Shown in pieces: positions 9,062-19,323 of a DNA stretch of 64,000 nucleotides. The translations under genes were made by a program, and so were the position numbers. The stretch is from NCBI GenBank assembly GCA_963703225.1, contig OY969801.1, positions 1,696,001-1,760,000 of the forward strand. The letters are read 5' to 3'. Every line of letters begins with the position of its first letter. Position 1 is the first letter of the stretch. Origin of the DNA: Candidatus Eiseniibacteriota bacterium. Its GTDB lineage: Bacteria > Eisenbacteria > RBG-16-71-46 > SZUA-252. The notes under the pieces were generated by a model that saw nothing but the letters and a program-made list of their open reading frames with translations, was not told the DNA's origin and did no database searches.

Positions 9062-11839
9062 TCATCGTACGATCACGAACTTGCCGACCTTTCGGCCAAG
9101 TTCGGTGTCGACGGAGTAGAGATAGATCCCGCTCACGATCTTCTGACCGTTCCGCGAGATGAGATTCCAGGGCACCGAACCTTGTCCGGCGATCACCGGA
9201 TCCTTCCCGTATTGGAGATCGGTCGGGACCGTGCCGTCAAAGGGGATGTCCTTCACCAAATCCCCGGCGAGGGTATAGATGTGAATGGTTCCCTTGGTTC
9301 GGGGCAGATTCATAAACGTGACCTTGGTCCCGGACGGATCCTCCTCGCGGGGTACCAGGTCCCATTCCGCGTGGGCCTTGAAGGGGTTCGGGACCACGAA
9401 GACCTCTTTCTGGGTGTCCTGGGCATCCCCGCGCGGGTAGACGACCTGCGCGTTGGTCGCACTGGGGTTGCCGCTCAAGATGATGTCGGTCGCCGACGTC
9501 GTCCCCGGTACAATCGAGACCGGGACGATCGAATAGAAATAGGGGAAGCCGTTCAGGACGTTATTGTCGACGTAGCTGTATCGGCCAACCGCGAAAAGCG
9601 TGTCGACCTCGGTGTGGGTCGTATCTCCCCCCGTGACCCTGCGGCCGATCGGATCCCATCGAACGTTGACCGAGTCCGAGAGGATTTCCTTGGCCGAAGG
9701 GTCGAGGAGCTCCCCGAGTGGCCGCGCGGGGGTCCCCCTGGGATTCGTTCGCCACTCCCCGAGTAGCGTCCAAAGCTCTCGCGAGGGCGCGTTCGTCCCC
9801 AGCGGCCGTTCCCAACCCGCCGCCTTGTAGAGGCGATACCCGACGAATTCCTTCAAATTGCCCCGCTGGGCGTCGCGGATCAGCTCGGCAAAGTTGCTCC
9901 ACTTGAGCGTGACCCTCTTGTCGCCCGGGAAGTACCAGGCCGAGATTCGAGTGGAGTCTCCGTGGGTCTCGTAGAGCGGCACGAAATCGCCCGGCTCCGA
10001 TTTCCCGTCTGTGCCCTGGAAGAACGGCGACGGGAGCGGCGCCGCCGCCACCCAGTTGATGACTTGCTCCCGCCCTCCCTGCCCCGTGTTCACGTCGCAA
10101 TCGAAATCCACGTAGGTGCACGCGGTGGAGGTGATGGTGATGTTGAGTGTGTCCCCCGCCGCGCAGTGGGGCGGCGTGGTGCCCGCGCAGACGAACTTCG
10201 CATCCTGCTGTGCATCGCACGCCACGCTCGGATCCCAGGGTACGAGGCTCGCATACCGGGGATCGCTGGCGTCATAACCGTTGTTGATTCGGAGGCGGCA
10301 GACCGAGGACTCCGGAATGTCGTAGACGAACGCCCTCCCGCCAGGCGTGTTGCGAAGGCAGGTTTCCTTCCCGCACGTTCCCGTGGTCAAGCTGTTGTCG
10401 AGGTCGGCGTAGAGACCGTCGAAGACCTGTTGCGCCGACTTGGCATTCGCGACGATCGTTCCCTCCCCACCCGGGGAGCGGCCGAGGCCGATCCCGGCGA
10501 CCCACGCGACGGAGATGGTCAGGGTCGACTCGGGAAGGATTTGACGGAACGGCCCGGTCGCCATGATGAATCGATAGTCGAGTGGCCGGCCCGTGGAAAC
10601 TTGCCCCGTGTTCTCCGGCTTGTACCGCGGATCCGACATCAGCTGGTAGCGCTGGGCGTCGTTCTCCGGATCGCCGCCGCGCCGGGAACGAGGCGGAGCC
10701 AGAGAAGAATTTGAAAGCCGTGATCCCGACATGGGGAGGCGCGTTGACACCCGACGGATCGGTCGTGTGGTTGAGGAACATGCAGCCGATGTAGCTCGGA
10801 ACGTCGCCGCCCTTGTTGTCCTGCGGCCGGTTGGGGTTGTCCGGATTGTCCCATGCGTACGCCATCTGGATCCGGCGCGCCACCGTCTCGCCCGAGGGGC
10901 CGATGTAGTTCACGGTGGAATCGAACAGGGCCGCCTCATCGTCCAAGAAGTAGCCCTGAACCGCCCGGTTTCCGACATCGGGATCCGCGAAGATCGCGAT
11001 GAAGACGTTTCGAATCGACCGGCCACTCTGATTGGTGATCCGATAGTCCACACCCACGAAGTCGCTCTGCCCTGGCGTCGACCAAGCGTAGCTCGTCTGG
11101 CGCACCCGGATGCCCAGCGCGACGTGCTCGGGATTGATCTGTCGGATGGCGGGGAGATCGTCGCGGTATTCACACGCGAACATCTGCTGCCCGATCGCCG
11201 AGTAGTCCTCGTCGCAGAGCCCGTCGCCGTCGTCGTCGAGACCGTTCAGAAAGTCCTCGTCGACGAACCCATCGTTGTCGTCGTCCGGATTCAGGCTGGC
11301 CGAGATGACGACGATTTCCGCCCGGAATTCCCTCATAGGCCTCGCGTATGTCGGCGACCTGATCCAGGGGACCAGGGACGCAAGTCGCCGGTAGGAGTCT
11401 CCTCGGGCGAGAACTCGACCGAGTAGGCCGCCGTCGTGACGTGCGGTATCCCGCTGGCGTCGATCGCGCCCACCCAGAGCCCCGCCGCGTAGAGATGATC
11501 GTTCCCCGAGCCGGGAGGGTACTCTGCCGAGGGCACCGTGGTGAGCGATGGGTTCGCGGCATTGCCGGTTTGTCCAATGTTGGTCATCTGGAGGTGGAGC
11601 CGGCCGACGTTGTGCACGAATTTCCCGTCCAGCCGAAACGTCTTGTTCGCGTATTGCTTGCGGTAACCGTCGGCATCATAGGGCGGCGGCTGGTAGAACG
11701 CGGAAACCCCGCCCCAGAGGACCAGGGTGACCGCGGCGGCGGCCACGCGACGGGCCAAGCAGGCAGCCCGCCGCGCCGAAACCTGCCAATCAGTGCCGTT
11801 CGGATTCTGCGCTAGCGAGATCTCAGGCGAGTCAGTCAT
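9062..11839 (-). CDS. Large secreted protein (~920 aa) with T9SS/FlgD-like C-terminal sorting domain; 3 apparent frameshifts
   Basis: Joined from ORFs 11333..11839, 11170..11577, 10272..11336 and 9062..10750 (+1 shifts near 11375, 11312 and 10681). Signal peptide, VHNVG.L...YPPGSG..HLYAAGLWVGA, DDDNDG/DDDGDG repeats. C-terminus VVPNPF...IHIYTLAGDLVK...WNL.SRNG..IVSGIYLYSV....GKFVIVR. Confidence 0.75.
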
Positions 11840-11841
11840 GG

Positions 11842-14572
11842 TCAGAATTGGACCCCCACTCCAAACCGGATGATGCGTCCTTGCTGGAAGACGCGCGGAT
11901 CGTTGACCGGGTACCAGTCTTCACGACCGTCCCCGTTCAGATCCTGGGTCAGGAATGCTCCGCCGGCCCGACCAGTCTCAGAATAGTAGATGATGTACGA
12001 CTGTGAGCTGACCTGGTTGTTCGGCCAGAGACTCGGCTGGAGATCGGTGATGTTCTCCGCGTCGAGTAGGTTCGAGCCCTGGAGGTAGAAGGTCACGCTC
12101 TGGCCCCAGACGCGGAAGAACCGCTCCGCCTGGACCGAAAGGGTGGACGTCGAGGGGAGTCGGCTGGCGTTGACCGTCGCCGGATCGATCCGGCGCTGTC
12201 GCGCGTTCCTGTCTGGTGTAGGGCAATCCGGTCCCGAACTGGTAGACGAAGCTCGCGGCCCAATCCTTCTCGTTTCCGAGACGCAGCGTGGTCGAGATGG
12301 TGTGACGCTGATCCCAGTCGAGCGGCTGCTCGGAGGTCGGCTTGTACTGATCGCGGATGATTTCCGGAGCTGGCGAGGGCTCGGTTGGGATCCGAGGCGG
12401 TCCCGGTGGCGTTGCCGTACGTGTAGTTGAACTCACCGGAGAACCCGTGGCTGTGGCGCTTGATGAGCGTCACCTCGATCCCCTGCGTCGATGCGTAGTC
12501 TCCGTTCACCCGGGTCGGCACCGTGATCGGCGAACCCCGGCACCTGCTGCTCCACCGTGGTGAGGAGGCCGTAGATGTCGTTGAAGTAGACGCCGAACTG
12601 TCCGTAGATCTCCTTGCTGAAGAGGTGCTGGACGCCGAGCTGATAGGAGATGGTCGTCTGGGGCTCGAGGTTCGGGTTGCCGCGGGCTTCCGCGGAGATG
12701 TTCCGGCCCTGGTAGAGATAGAGCCGATCCGGCACCTGGAAGAGCCGCCCGTAGTGGAAGCTCATGACGTCGCGGTCGGAGATCGGATAGGCGATCCCGA
12801 CCCGCGGGCTCACACTGCGTCTTGATCTTGTCGGCGACCTCTGCCGAGGAGATCTGGTTCCCGACGGAGAAGCTGTCGTACCGAAGCCCCGCGTTCAGAA
12901 CCATCCCCTCGTACTCCCAGCGGTCCTGGACGAAGAACGATCCCTCGGGGTTGTAGTTCACGAATTCGTCCCGGGTCGCTCCGTAGTTGCCGTTCGCGTC
13001 GAGCACGTTCGGGAAATTGGGTGAGGAGGAACGAGAGCGAGTTGTAGTTGATGTCCCCGCCCACCATGAAGTTGTGCTGCTTGACCTTCTTGGAGTAGTC
13101 GCCGTTCAACGTGTAGGTGACCGTGTTGCGGCGCTCGTAGAACGGATAGTCGCCGTTCGTTACGTAGTAGGGGCCGTCGATGCGATTCAGTGGATCGTAG
13201 TACTGGTTCGGATCCTGCTGGTACTCCCAGAGCTGCCGGTCGAGCACGTCCTCGATTGATTTCCACTGCTGACGCGAAGCGCGGATGTTGTAGATCTCGC
13301 CGATCCCCAGGGTGTGCTTCCACGTCAGGGCGAGCTGCTGGTAGTCGGCCGTCGTCACGGGGAGGTGCTCGGCGGTGTTCATGGGCATGATAGCTGGAGT
13401 CGACCGGATAGTAGGACCACCGACCGTAGCGCCGCGTGATGGCGCCGTCGGTGGGCGCCGTGCTGTCGTAGTAGACCTGCACGAAGCCGTTTCGATTCCA
13501 CCGATTGTGGTATCGGCCATCGACGGTGTGATTCTGGATGTACTCAAAATTCAACTTCTCGTTGGGCGTCACCTTGTACGTGAATTTGCCGGAGAGGTTG
13601 GATGCATTCGCCTGGCGAAGACCCGTCCGGATGAAGTCGAGGAACCGATGCTCTTTGTACTCGGACGTGTTCCGGAGGTACGTGTCGGTGAATGTTCCTT
13701 CGTAGGAGATGTAGTAGTTCGTCTTGGAGAACAGGAAGGGGCCGCCCAACCCCACACTCAGGCGCTCGAAGTTGTTGAACTCCTTGTCGTGCTCGCCGTA
13801 TCGATCGGTGAAGTAGCGCGCTTCCCCAGCGAATCGATCCCCGCCCTCGCGCGTGGTCAGGCTGATGACTCCCGAGAGCGCGTTCCCGTACTGGGCGTCC
13901 ATTCCACCCATCACCTGCTCGCTCGACGAAACCGCGAGAAGCCCGAGATCCACGCCCTTCGGCCTCGAGCGGATTACGGCTGGCGATGCCGTTGACGACC
14001 GTGAGCACTTCGTCCGCCCGACCGCCGCGGAAGTGAAGCTCCCCGCCCTGGCTGATGACTCCGGCCTTGAGGCTGATCGCGTCTTTGTAGTTGTCGATAG
14101 GGAGTGATCGAAGGTCCTCGCTCGTCACGAGCTGCTTGGTGGAGCTGTCCTTCTTGCGGATCGTTAGCTTCCCCGCCGAGGTGACGTCGACCGTCTGCAT
14201 CTGATAGACGCGGTCGATCAGGCTGAACGAGCCCACGTTCGTCGTCCTGTTGGCGTCGACCTTCACTCCCTGGCGTTCTTGGTCCGCCTTGCCCGCCATC
14301 TTCACGCGGACGGTGTAGACCCCGACCGGTACCTTGGGAAAGTTGAATGTACCCTGGGCGTTGGTGTTTCCGCCCGTCTCCGCCCCGAGAACTATGACGC
14401 TGGCACCCTGGAGCGGGACCCCGCTCTGGTCGGTAACCGTGCCGGTGATCGTCCCCGTCTGCGCAGACGCCGCCGCGGCTTGGACCAGCATGAGAGAGAC
14501 GAGAAGCGCGAAGAGGAGTAACGGCGATTTGACAAAACCGAAGCCGCCGCGTCGCGACGCGTTGCTCGGCAT
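11842..14572 (-). CDS. TonB-dependent receptor with N-terminal carboxypeptidase-regulatory-like domain; 7 apparent frameshifts
   Basis: GTITGTVTD..G.PL.GASV domain, plug HFRGGRADE / GGMDAQYGNALSGVI.LTTREG, barrel QDRWEYEGMVLNAGLRYD, SPRVGIAYPIS, GNPNLEPQTT.SYQLG, LDWDQRHT, C-terminal GVGVQF. Joined from 8 ORF pieces by +1 shifts near 13955, 13389, 13011, 12813, 12528, 12358 and 12200. AAGGAG RBS. Confidence 0.85.
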
Positions 14573-14817
14573 GGTGTGGAGCGCTCCTTTCGTTGGCTCG
14601 GCGGTCACTTTGGGGCGACTACTTTTATGCCGGTTTCAAGTGGTCGAGTCAAGCCAATTCGTTGCGCCAGCCTTGCTTGGCCCACCCTGGGGCTCCCCGG
14701 CAGAGCGACCCTGGCGCGCGCGGAACCCAATATAAAATTGTGACCTGGATGGGGGGGACGCTGTGTTCTTGGGGGGGACTTACGAAACAAGGCATATACT
14801 TACGCCTCTGGTTACAG

Positions 14818-14879
14818 AATATATCCATATTATCCCATTCGGCAAGCGCTTTTTTCAAAATAAGGCTTATTTTCAAAAT
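14818..14879 (-). promoter_or_regulatory. Putative TBDR promoter with upstream palindromic operator
   Basis: TTGCCG-N16-TATATT. AAAATAAG-G-CTTATTTT palindrome at 14857-14873 inside an AT-rich intergenic stretch. Confidence 0.45.
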
Positions 14880-16219
14880 TCGGTGACACTCGACATCCGA
14901 AAGTCCCGGACCCTGAGCCCCGGGCAAACCACCCCCCCGGATCGCTCAGGCTCCGACATCCCCTCCACGGCACCCAGAAGCTGCACCACGCTTTGGTTGA
15001 ACCGGAAGTGCCGCACAGCCCTGGTGACCCTGCCCTTCTCGATGGCGAAGAGACCGTCCCGGGTCATCCCCGTGAGGGTCGCGGTCTTAGGGTCCACCAC
15101 GTTCGTGTACCAGACACGGGTCACCCAGAGACCCCGTTCAATGCCGGAGAGGAGAGAGTCAAGAGGCCCGGTTCCTCCTTCCAGCACGAGGTGGCGCGCC
15201 AAAGGTCCGAACGTGTTGGGAACGGGTAGCCCGTGTCCCGTCGATTCGCGGCCTTCTTTCGCCGCGGTGCGCCGGTCGTAGACGGGGCTCACGGCCACGC
15301 CCCGCTCGATGATGATCGTCGGCTTCGTCGGGATGCCCTCTTCGTCGAAGGGAGTGCCCCGGTGGAGCGGGTGATAGGGATCGTCGCGGAGGGTGATGTT
15401 CTCACCGACGACGCGCTGGCCGATCCTCCCGGAGAGAAAGCTCCGGCCTTCCTGGACCGGCAGCGCCCCCAGCGAGAGCCACGACATGTCGGTCAGAAGA
15501 TCCGCGACGGCCGCCGGCTCGAGCACGACCGTGTACCGGCCCGGGTCCCAGGCGACCGCGTTTCGGGAACGGATCGCCTTGTCCACCGCGCGCGCCGCAA
15601 GCGCGGCGCCGTCGATGTCCGAGGCGGCGTGGCTCTCACGGCCGGCCCAGCCCGACGCCGTTCCATCGAGGGCCGAAATGCGAAACGTCGCCTTCGTTCC
15701 CTGGTGGTAGGCGAAGAGGCCGCGGCTGTTCGCGATCGCCAGCGCACCGAGCTCTCCATATTCGCCGATCGTCCCTCGTCCCGTTTCGTAGATGCCGGCC
15801 GCGGTCACACCGCCGCGCACGCAGGTCTCGATGCCGCGACCGACTTCCCGGGCGCGGCCGTCGGGTCCCATGGTCGCGGTCGCGTCGTCGTCGGCGTCGA
15901 CCTCGCGATACGACTGGGGGCCCGGAAGCGGGAGGAGATCGGGGATCTCGGGCTGGAGTTGGGCCGCCGTGGTTGCCGCGGACACCAACCGCTGAATTCC
16001 CGCTCGGCTCAAATCGTTCCCGCTCGCCCGCCCGGTTCGCTTTCCAAGGACGATCCGAACCGAGAGCACGTGGCGATGCTCCGAGACGTTCTGCGTCACT
16101 TCGTTGTTCGCGAATCGTGTGAGATGGCTCTCGCCGCCGCCGAGAACCACCTCCGCCTCCCCCTCGCCCACCAATCGGAGGGCTTCGTCGAGGAGCGACT
16201 TCGCTTCGTCTTTAGTCAT
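14873..16219 (-). CDS. tldE: TldE/PmbA-family protein (non-catalytic partner)
   Basis: TRFANNEVTQN, PGRYTVVLEPAAV, PFDEEG, STGHG, TGMTRDG..IE.G, RFN.S. No HExxH motif. Follows tldD. Confidence 0.85.
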   Translation of the reverse strand: MTKDEAKSLLDEALRLVGEGEAEVVLGGGESHLTRFANNEVTQNVSEHRHVLSVRIVLGKRTGRASGNDLSRAGIQRLVSAATTAAQLQPEIPDLLPLPGPQSYREVDADDDATATMGPDGRAREVGRGIETCVRGGVTAAGIYETGRGTIGEYGELGALAIANSRGLFAYHQGTKATFRISALDGTASGWAGRESHAASDIDGAALAARAVDKAIRSRNAVAWDPGRYTVVLEPAAVADLLTDMSWLSLGALPVQEGRSFLSGRIGQRVVGENITLRDDPYHPLHRGTPFDEEGIPTKPTIIIERGVAVSPVYDRRTAAKEGRESTGHGLPVPNTFGPLARHLVLEGGTGPLDSLLSGIERGLWVTRVWYTNVVDPKTATLTGMTRDGLFAIEKGRVTRAVRHFRFNQSVVQLLGAVEGMSEPERSGGVVCPGLRVRDFRMSSVTEF

Positions 16220-17660
16220 CGGCCCCGACTCCAACCCGGACCTTGCGGAACCGCGCCGGGGCCGCGCCGTGGGTCATCTCCGCGACCTGCCCCGGCTGCC
16301 CCTTGCCGCAATTCGTGACGCCCCAAGGCCTCCACTCCTCGGGGCCGCAGATGAAGTCGCACGAGTTCCAGAAGCGCGGCGTGATCCCCTGATAGGTCGG
16401 ATTGCGGAGCATCCGCCCGCGCCGGCCCTTCTTGATCTCCCACGCGATCTCGGTCTTGAACTGGAAGTTGTACCGGAGCTGGTCGATGCTCCAGCTCCGG
16501 TTCGTTTCCATGTAGATGCCATCGGCCGTGTCGGCGATGAGGTCCCCAAGCGACCCCGCGCCCGGCTCCAAGCTCAGGTTCACCATCCGAATCATCGGGA
16601 CGTGATGCCAGCCGTCCGACCGGACGCAGCCGCGGCTCCGCTTCTCCCCGATGCGGTGCGCCAGCTCCCTCGAGGTCAGGTATCCGACAAAGAGCCCGTC
16701 CTTCACGATCGGCCATCGCTGTGCCTCGACCCCCTCGTCGTCGAACGCGAAGGTCGCGAGCCCGTGCGGGAGCGTGGCGTCCGCGACGAGGTTGACCCGC
16801 GGCGATCCGAATTGGAGTTTCCGGAGCTTGTCGGTGGTGAGGAAGCTGGTCCCCGCGTAGTTCGCTTCCATTCCGAGCACCCGGTCGAGCTCCGTGGGGT
16901 GCCCCACCGACTCGTGGATCTGCAGGGCGAGCTGGGAGCCTTCGAGGATGATGTCCGCCTCTCCGGCCGGGCAGGGGTCGGCGCTCAGGAGCGCGACCGC
17001 TTCTTCGCCAACCCGGGTCGCCTGGTCGACCCAGGGAATCGAATCGATGAATTCGTAGCCCAGCGTTTGGTGGTGTCCCTCCATCTGCGGAAAACTGCGG
17101 CGCTGAACCTCGCGCTCCGAGACCGCCGTCGCGCTGTAGCCGCCGCCCGAGCGGGTGATGGTCTGATCGATCTCCGCGCCCTCGGAGCTGGCATAGAGCT
17201 GGCGCTTGCGGTGGAAAACCAAGAACCCCTCGGTGATCGTCACGCCTTTGACCTGGCGGAGCGCCTCGTCGACGCGGAAGAGGAGGTCGAGCTTCTGTTC
17301 GACCGGAATCGCAAAGGGGTCTACCGCGCAGGCGGAGCTCCACGTGGCCCGCCTGGCGGCCTCGGGAGCGAGCACGACCGGGTCGCGGAGAAGACTCGCG
17401 CTGGCCCTGGCGAGAGCGATCGCGTTCGCCGCGCAGGCTTCGATGCCCCCGCGCGTCATGAGATCGGTACCGGAATATCCCCAGGCCCCGCCCACCAGCA
17501 CCCGAACGCCGAGGCCCCGGGTCTCGGAGCGATCCACCCCACCCACCTGGCCGTCCTTCACCTGAAGGTCCTCGCGGGCCGAATCGAGGACGCGGACGTC
17601 GACAAACGTCGCCCCCTTGGCTACCGCGGTGTCGAGGGCGAGTTGGGCGATCTCCTTCAT
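16212..17660 (-). CDS. tldD: TldD-family metalloprotease
   Basis: HESVGH zinc motif, FDDEGV, P.IRM.NLSL.PG, WSIDQ.R.NFQF, CGKGQP.Q....HG. Confidence 0.92.
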   Translation of the reverse strand: MKEIAQLALDTAVAKGATFVDVRVLDSAREDLQVKDGQVGGVDRSETRGLGVRVLVGGAWGYSGTDLMTRGGIEACAANAIALARASASLLRDPVVLAPEAARRATWSSACAVDPFAIPVEQKLDLLFRVDEALRQVKGVTITEGFLVFHRKRQLYASSEGAEIDQTITRSGGGYSATAVSEREVQRRSFPQMEGHHQTLGYEFIDSIPWVDQATRVGEEAVALLSADPCPAGEADIILEGSQLALQIHESVGHPTELDRVLGMEANYAGTSFLTTDKLRKLQFGSPRVNLVADATLPHGLATFAFDDEGVEAQRWPIVKDGLFVGYLTSRELAHRIGEKRSRGCVRSDGWHHVPMIRMVNLSLEPGAGSLGDLIADTADGIYMETNRSWSIDQLRYNFQFKTEIAWEIKKGRRGRMLRNPTYQGITPRFWNSCDFICGPEEWRPWGVTNCGKGQPGQVAEMTHGAAPARFRKVRVGVGADD

Positions 17661-17678
17661 CGCGCCGGTCGGGAGGGG

Positions 17679-19310
17679 CTAGAAGAGGCGCTGGAGGGAG
17701 AGCGTGAAGTGGTTGCCCGAGCCGATCTCCTCGGAGGGATCGCTCGGCGAATAGTGGAAATGATAATGCGAATAGGAGAGGTCGATCCGGGAACCCATCG
17801 ATCTCCAGAAGTAGCCGGCCCCGGCCGTGAGGCCGATCCCCTTGATCGGGGCGTAGCCGTCGTCCCGATTGGGATCGTGGCGCAGAAGCTCCACACCCGC
17901 GCGGATCGGGAGCCCCGTGCGCACCGGATACTCGGCGCCGATGTGGAAGGTGTACGTGATGATCGAAAGATCGGGAACCTCGAAGGTGAAGTCCTGCCGA
18001 TATTCCCGGGCGATGCGGCCCTCCACGGCGACCAGCCCCTGCCCCTCGCCCCCGCCAACCGAGACGCCGCCAGCGAATCGATATCCCTGGCGTTTGACGT
18101 TCAGGGGGTCGACGGTCGGCAGGACGACCTCGTTCGGAACAATCCACTCGTATTCACGGAAGTAGGCGTAGCGGAGGCCGAGGTGGACCGGCTTTCCCGA
18201 CAAGCCGATGAGCCAGCGCGTGCTCCCCTCGTTGTGCCGAAGTCCGCTCAGGAACGCGGACCACTTTCTCTTGAAGACGTTATCCTGATCGTTCTGCGCG
18301 GGGAACGGGTTCATGAAGAACTGAGGCGCCCAGTTGATCCGCGCGATTTCCTCCCCGTCGAACGACCGATGGCGGCCGTCCACGATACCTTCGAGCCAAT
18401 CCCCCTTCTTCACGTAGAGCGCGCCGCCAAATCCCACCTGCGGCCGGTCCCAGTCGTACTCGTCATCGTTGAATGGGGATTCGCTCCGGCCGACCACGCT
18501 GTGCTTCACGTAGTGGGCCCAGGCCGAAAGGTTGGCCACGCGGCCGAACATCGGAAGCGCGTAGGAAACTCCTCCTGCGAACTCGGACGCCTGACTCGTC
18601 ACGTTGAGGTCGTACGGATTGAGGATGCGCCGGTCCTCGCTCTCCTGGCGATAGCCGAACCGACCGCCCAGGGTGACATCCTTGAAGAAGGTGCGGGCGT
18701 AGGTGAGCCCGATAAGCGGCGTCGTCACCCCGGCGCCGAACGTCCGATTCGTCGTCACCGGGGCCATCTCGGGCGCGACCGGCAGGTCAAAATCGCGGAT
18801 AAATCGACAGTCGTCGGGCGCCGGACAGAGATCGTTCCGACTCGCGTCGAGCGAGCCGTAGTCGAGGTCGAATCCAATCCCCCACTTTGGCCTTGGCCTG
18901 AATTCCGCGTGTAATCCCGCGCCGCGTCCCACCGCGCTTTGGTTGAAGCCGTAATAGGCGTCGCTGAAATCCGAATACCCTATCGGGACCCGGACGACGG
19001 AGGAATCGCGGGCCAGGAGGAGCCCGGCCGGGTTATGGCCGTAGTGATAGGGGTCGAACAGGCTCTGATCGTCCTGGGTCGCGACCTCGATCCCACCCAT
19101 GGCCTCGAGGCGGCTCGATCCCACCCCCGCGTAGGCGTCGATCGGCGTATACCGAAGCCAGGCGTCCGCGACCTGAGCGCGCGCGGGGACCGCGCAGAGC
19201 GACGCGGCCAGGAAGAGTACCGAGATCCAAAGCCAGGCGCGAGCAGGGCGCGGCCCGCGACCCACCGTGGCAGTTTCAGCGAGGGGTGCGACGCTCGAGG
19301 CGGTGGTCAT
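17679..19310 (-). CDS. Predicted outer-membrane beta-barrel protein, unknown function
   Basis: Signal peptide (AVPARA), R..AMGG...NPAGL N-terminal motif reminiscent of FadL/PorV-like barrels, aromatic-rich alternating strands, C-terminal LQRLF. Confidence 0.7.
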   Translation of the reverse strand: MTTASSVAPLAETATVGRGPRPARAWLWISVLFLAASLCAVPARAQVADAWLRYTPIDAYAGVGSSRLEAMGGIEVATQDDQSLFDPYHYGHNPAGLLLARDSSVVRVPIGYSDFSDAYYGFNQSAVGRGAGLHAEFRPRPKWGIGFDLDYGSLDASRNDLCPAPDDCRFIRDFDLPVAPEMAPVTTNRTFGAGVTTPLIGLTYARTFFKDVTLGGRFGYRQESEDRRILNPYDLNVTSQASEFAGGVSYALPMFGRVANLSAWAHYVKHSVVGRSESPFNDDEYDWDRPQVGFGGALYVKKGDWLEGIVDGRHRSFDGEEIARINWAPQFFMNPFPAQNDQDNVFKRKWSAFLSGLRHNEGSTRWLIGLSGKPVHLGLRYAYFREYEWIVPNEVVLPTVDPLNVKRQGYRFAGGVSVGGGEGQGLVAVEGRIAREYRQDFTFEVPDLSIITYTFHIGAEYPVRTGLPIRAGVELLRHDPNRDDGYAPIKGIGLTAGAGYFWRSMGSRIDLSYSHYHFHYSPSDPSEEIGSGNHFTLSLQRLF

Positions 19311-19323
19311 CAAGGGGCTGGCG

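Noticed and set aside
9062..14572. Programmed ribosomal frameshifting or true pseudogenisation of the TBDR and partner genes
   Set aside because: No common slippery site and no nonsense codons; the same +1 pattern hits pyrG and PMM, so an artefact is more parsimonious (not proven).
14575..14815. Cobalamin/TPP riboswitch or sigma54 promoter in the TBDR leader
   Set aside because: No B12-box or TPP consensus was recognised, and TGGCGC...TTGGC has 12 rather than 10 nt between GG and GC.
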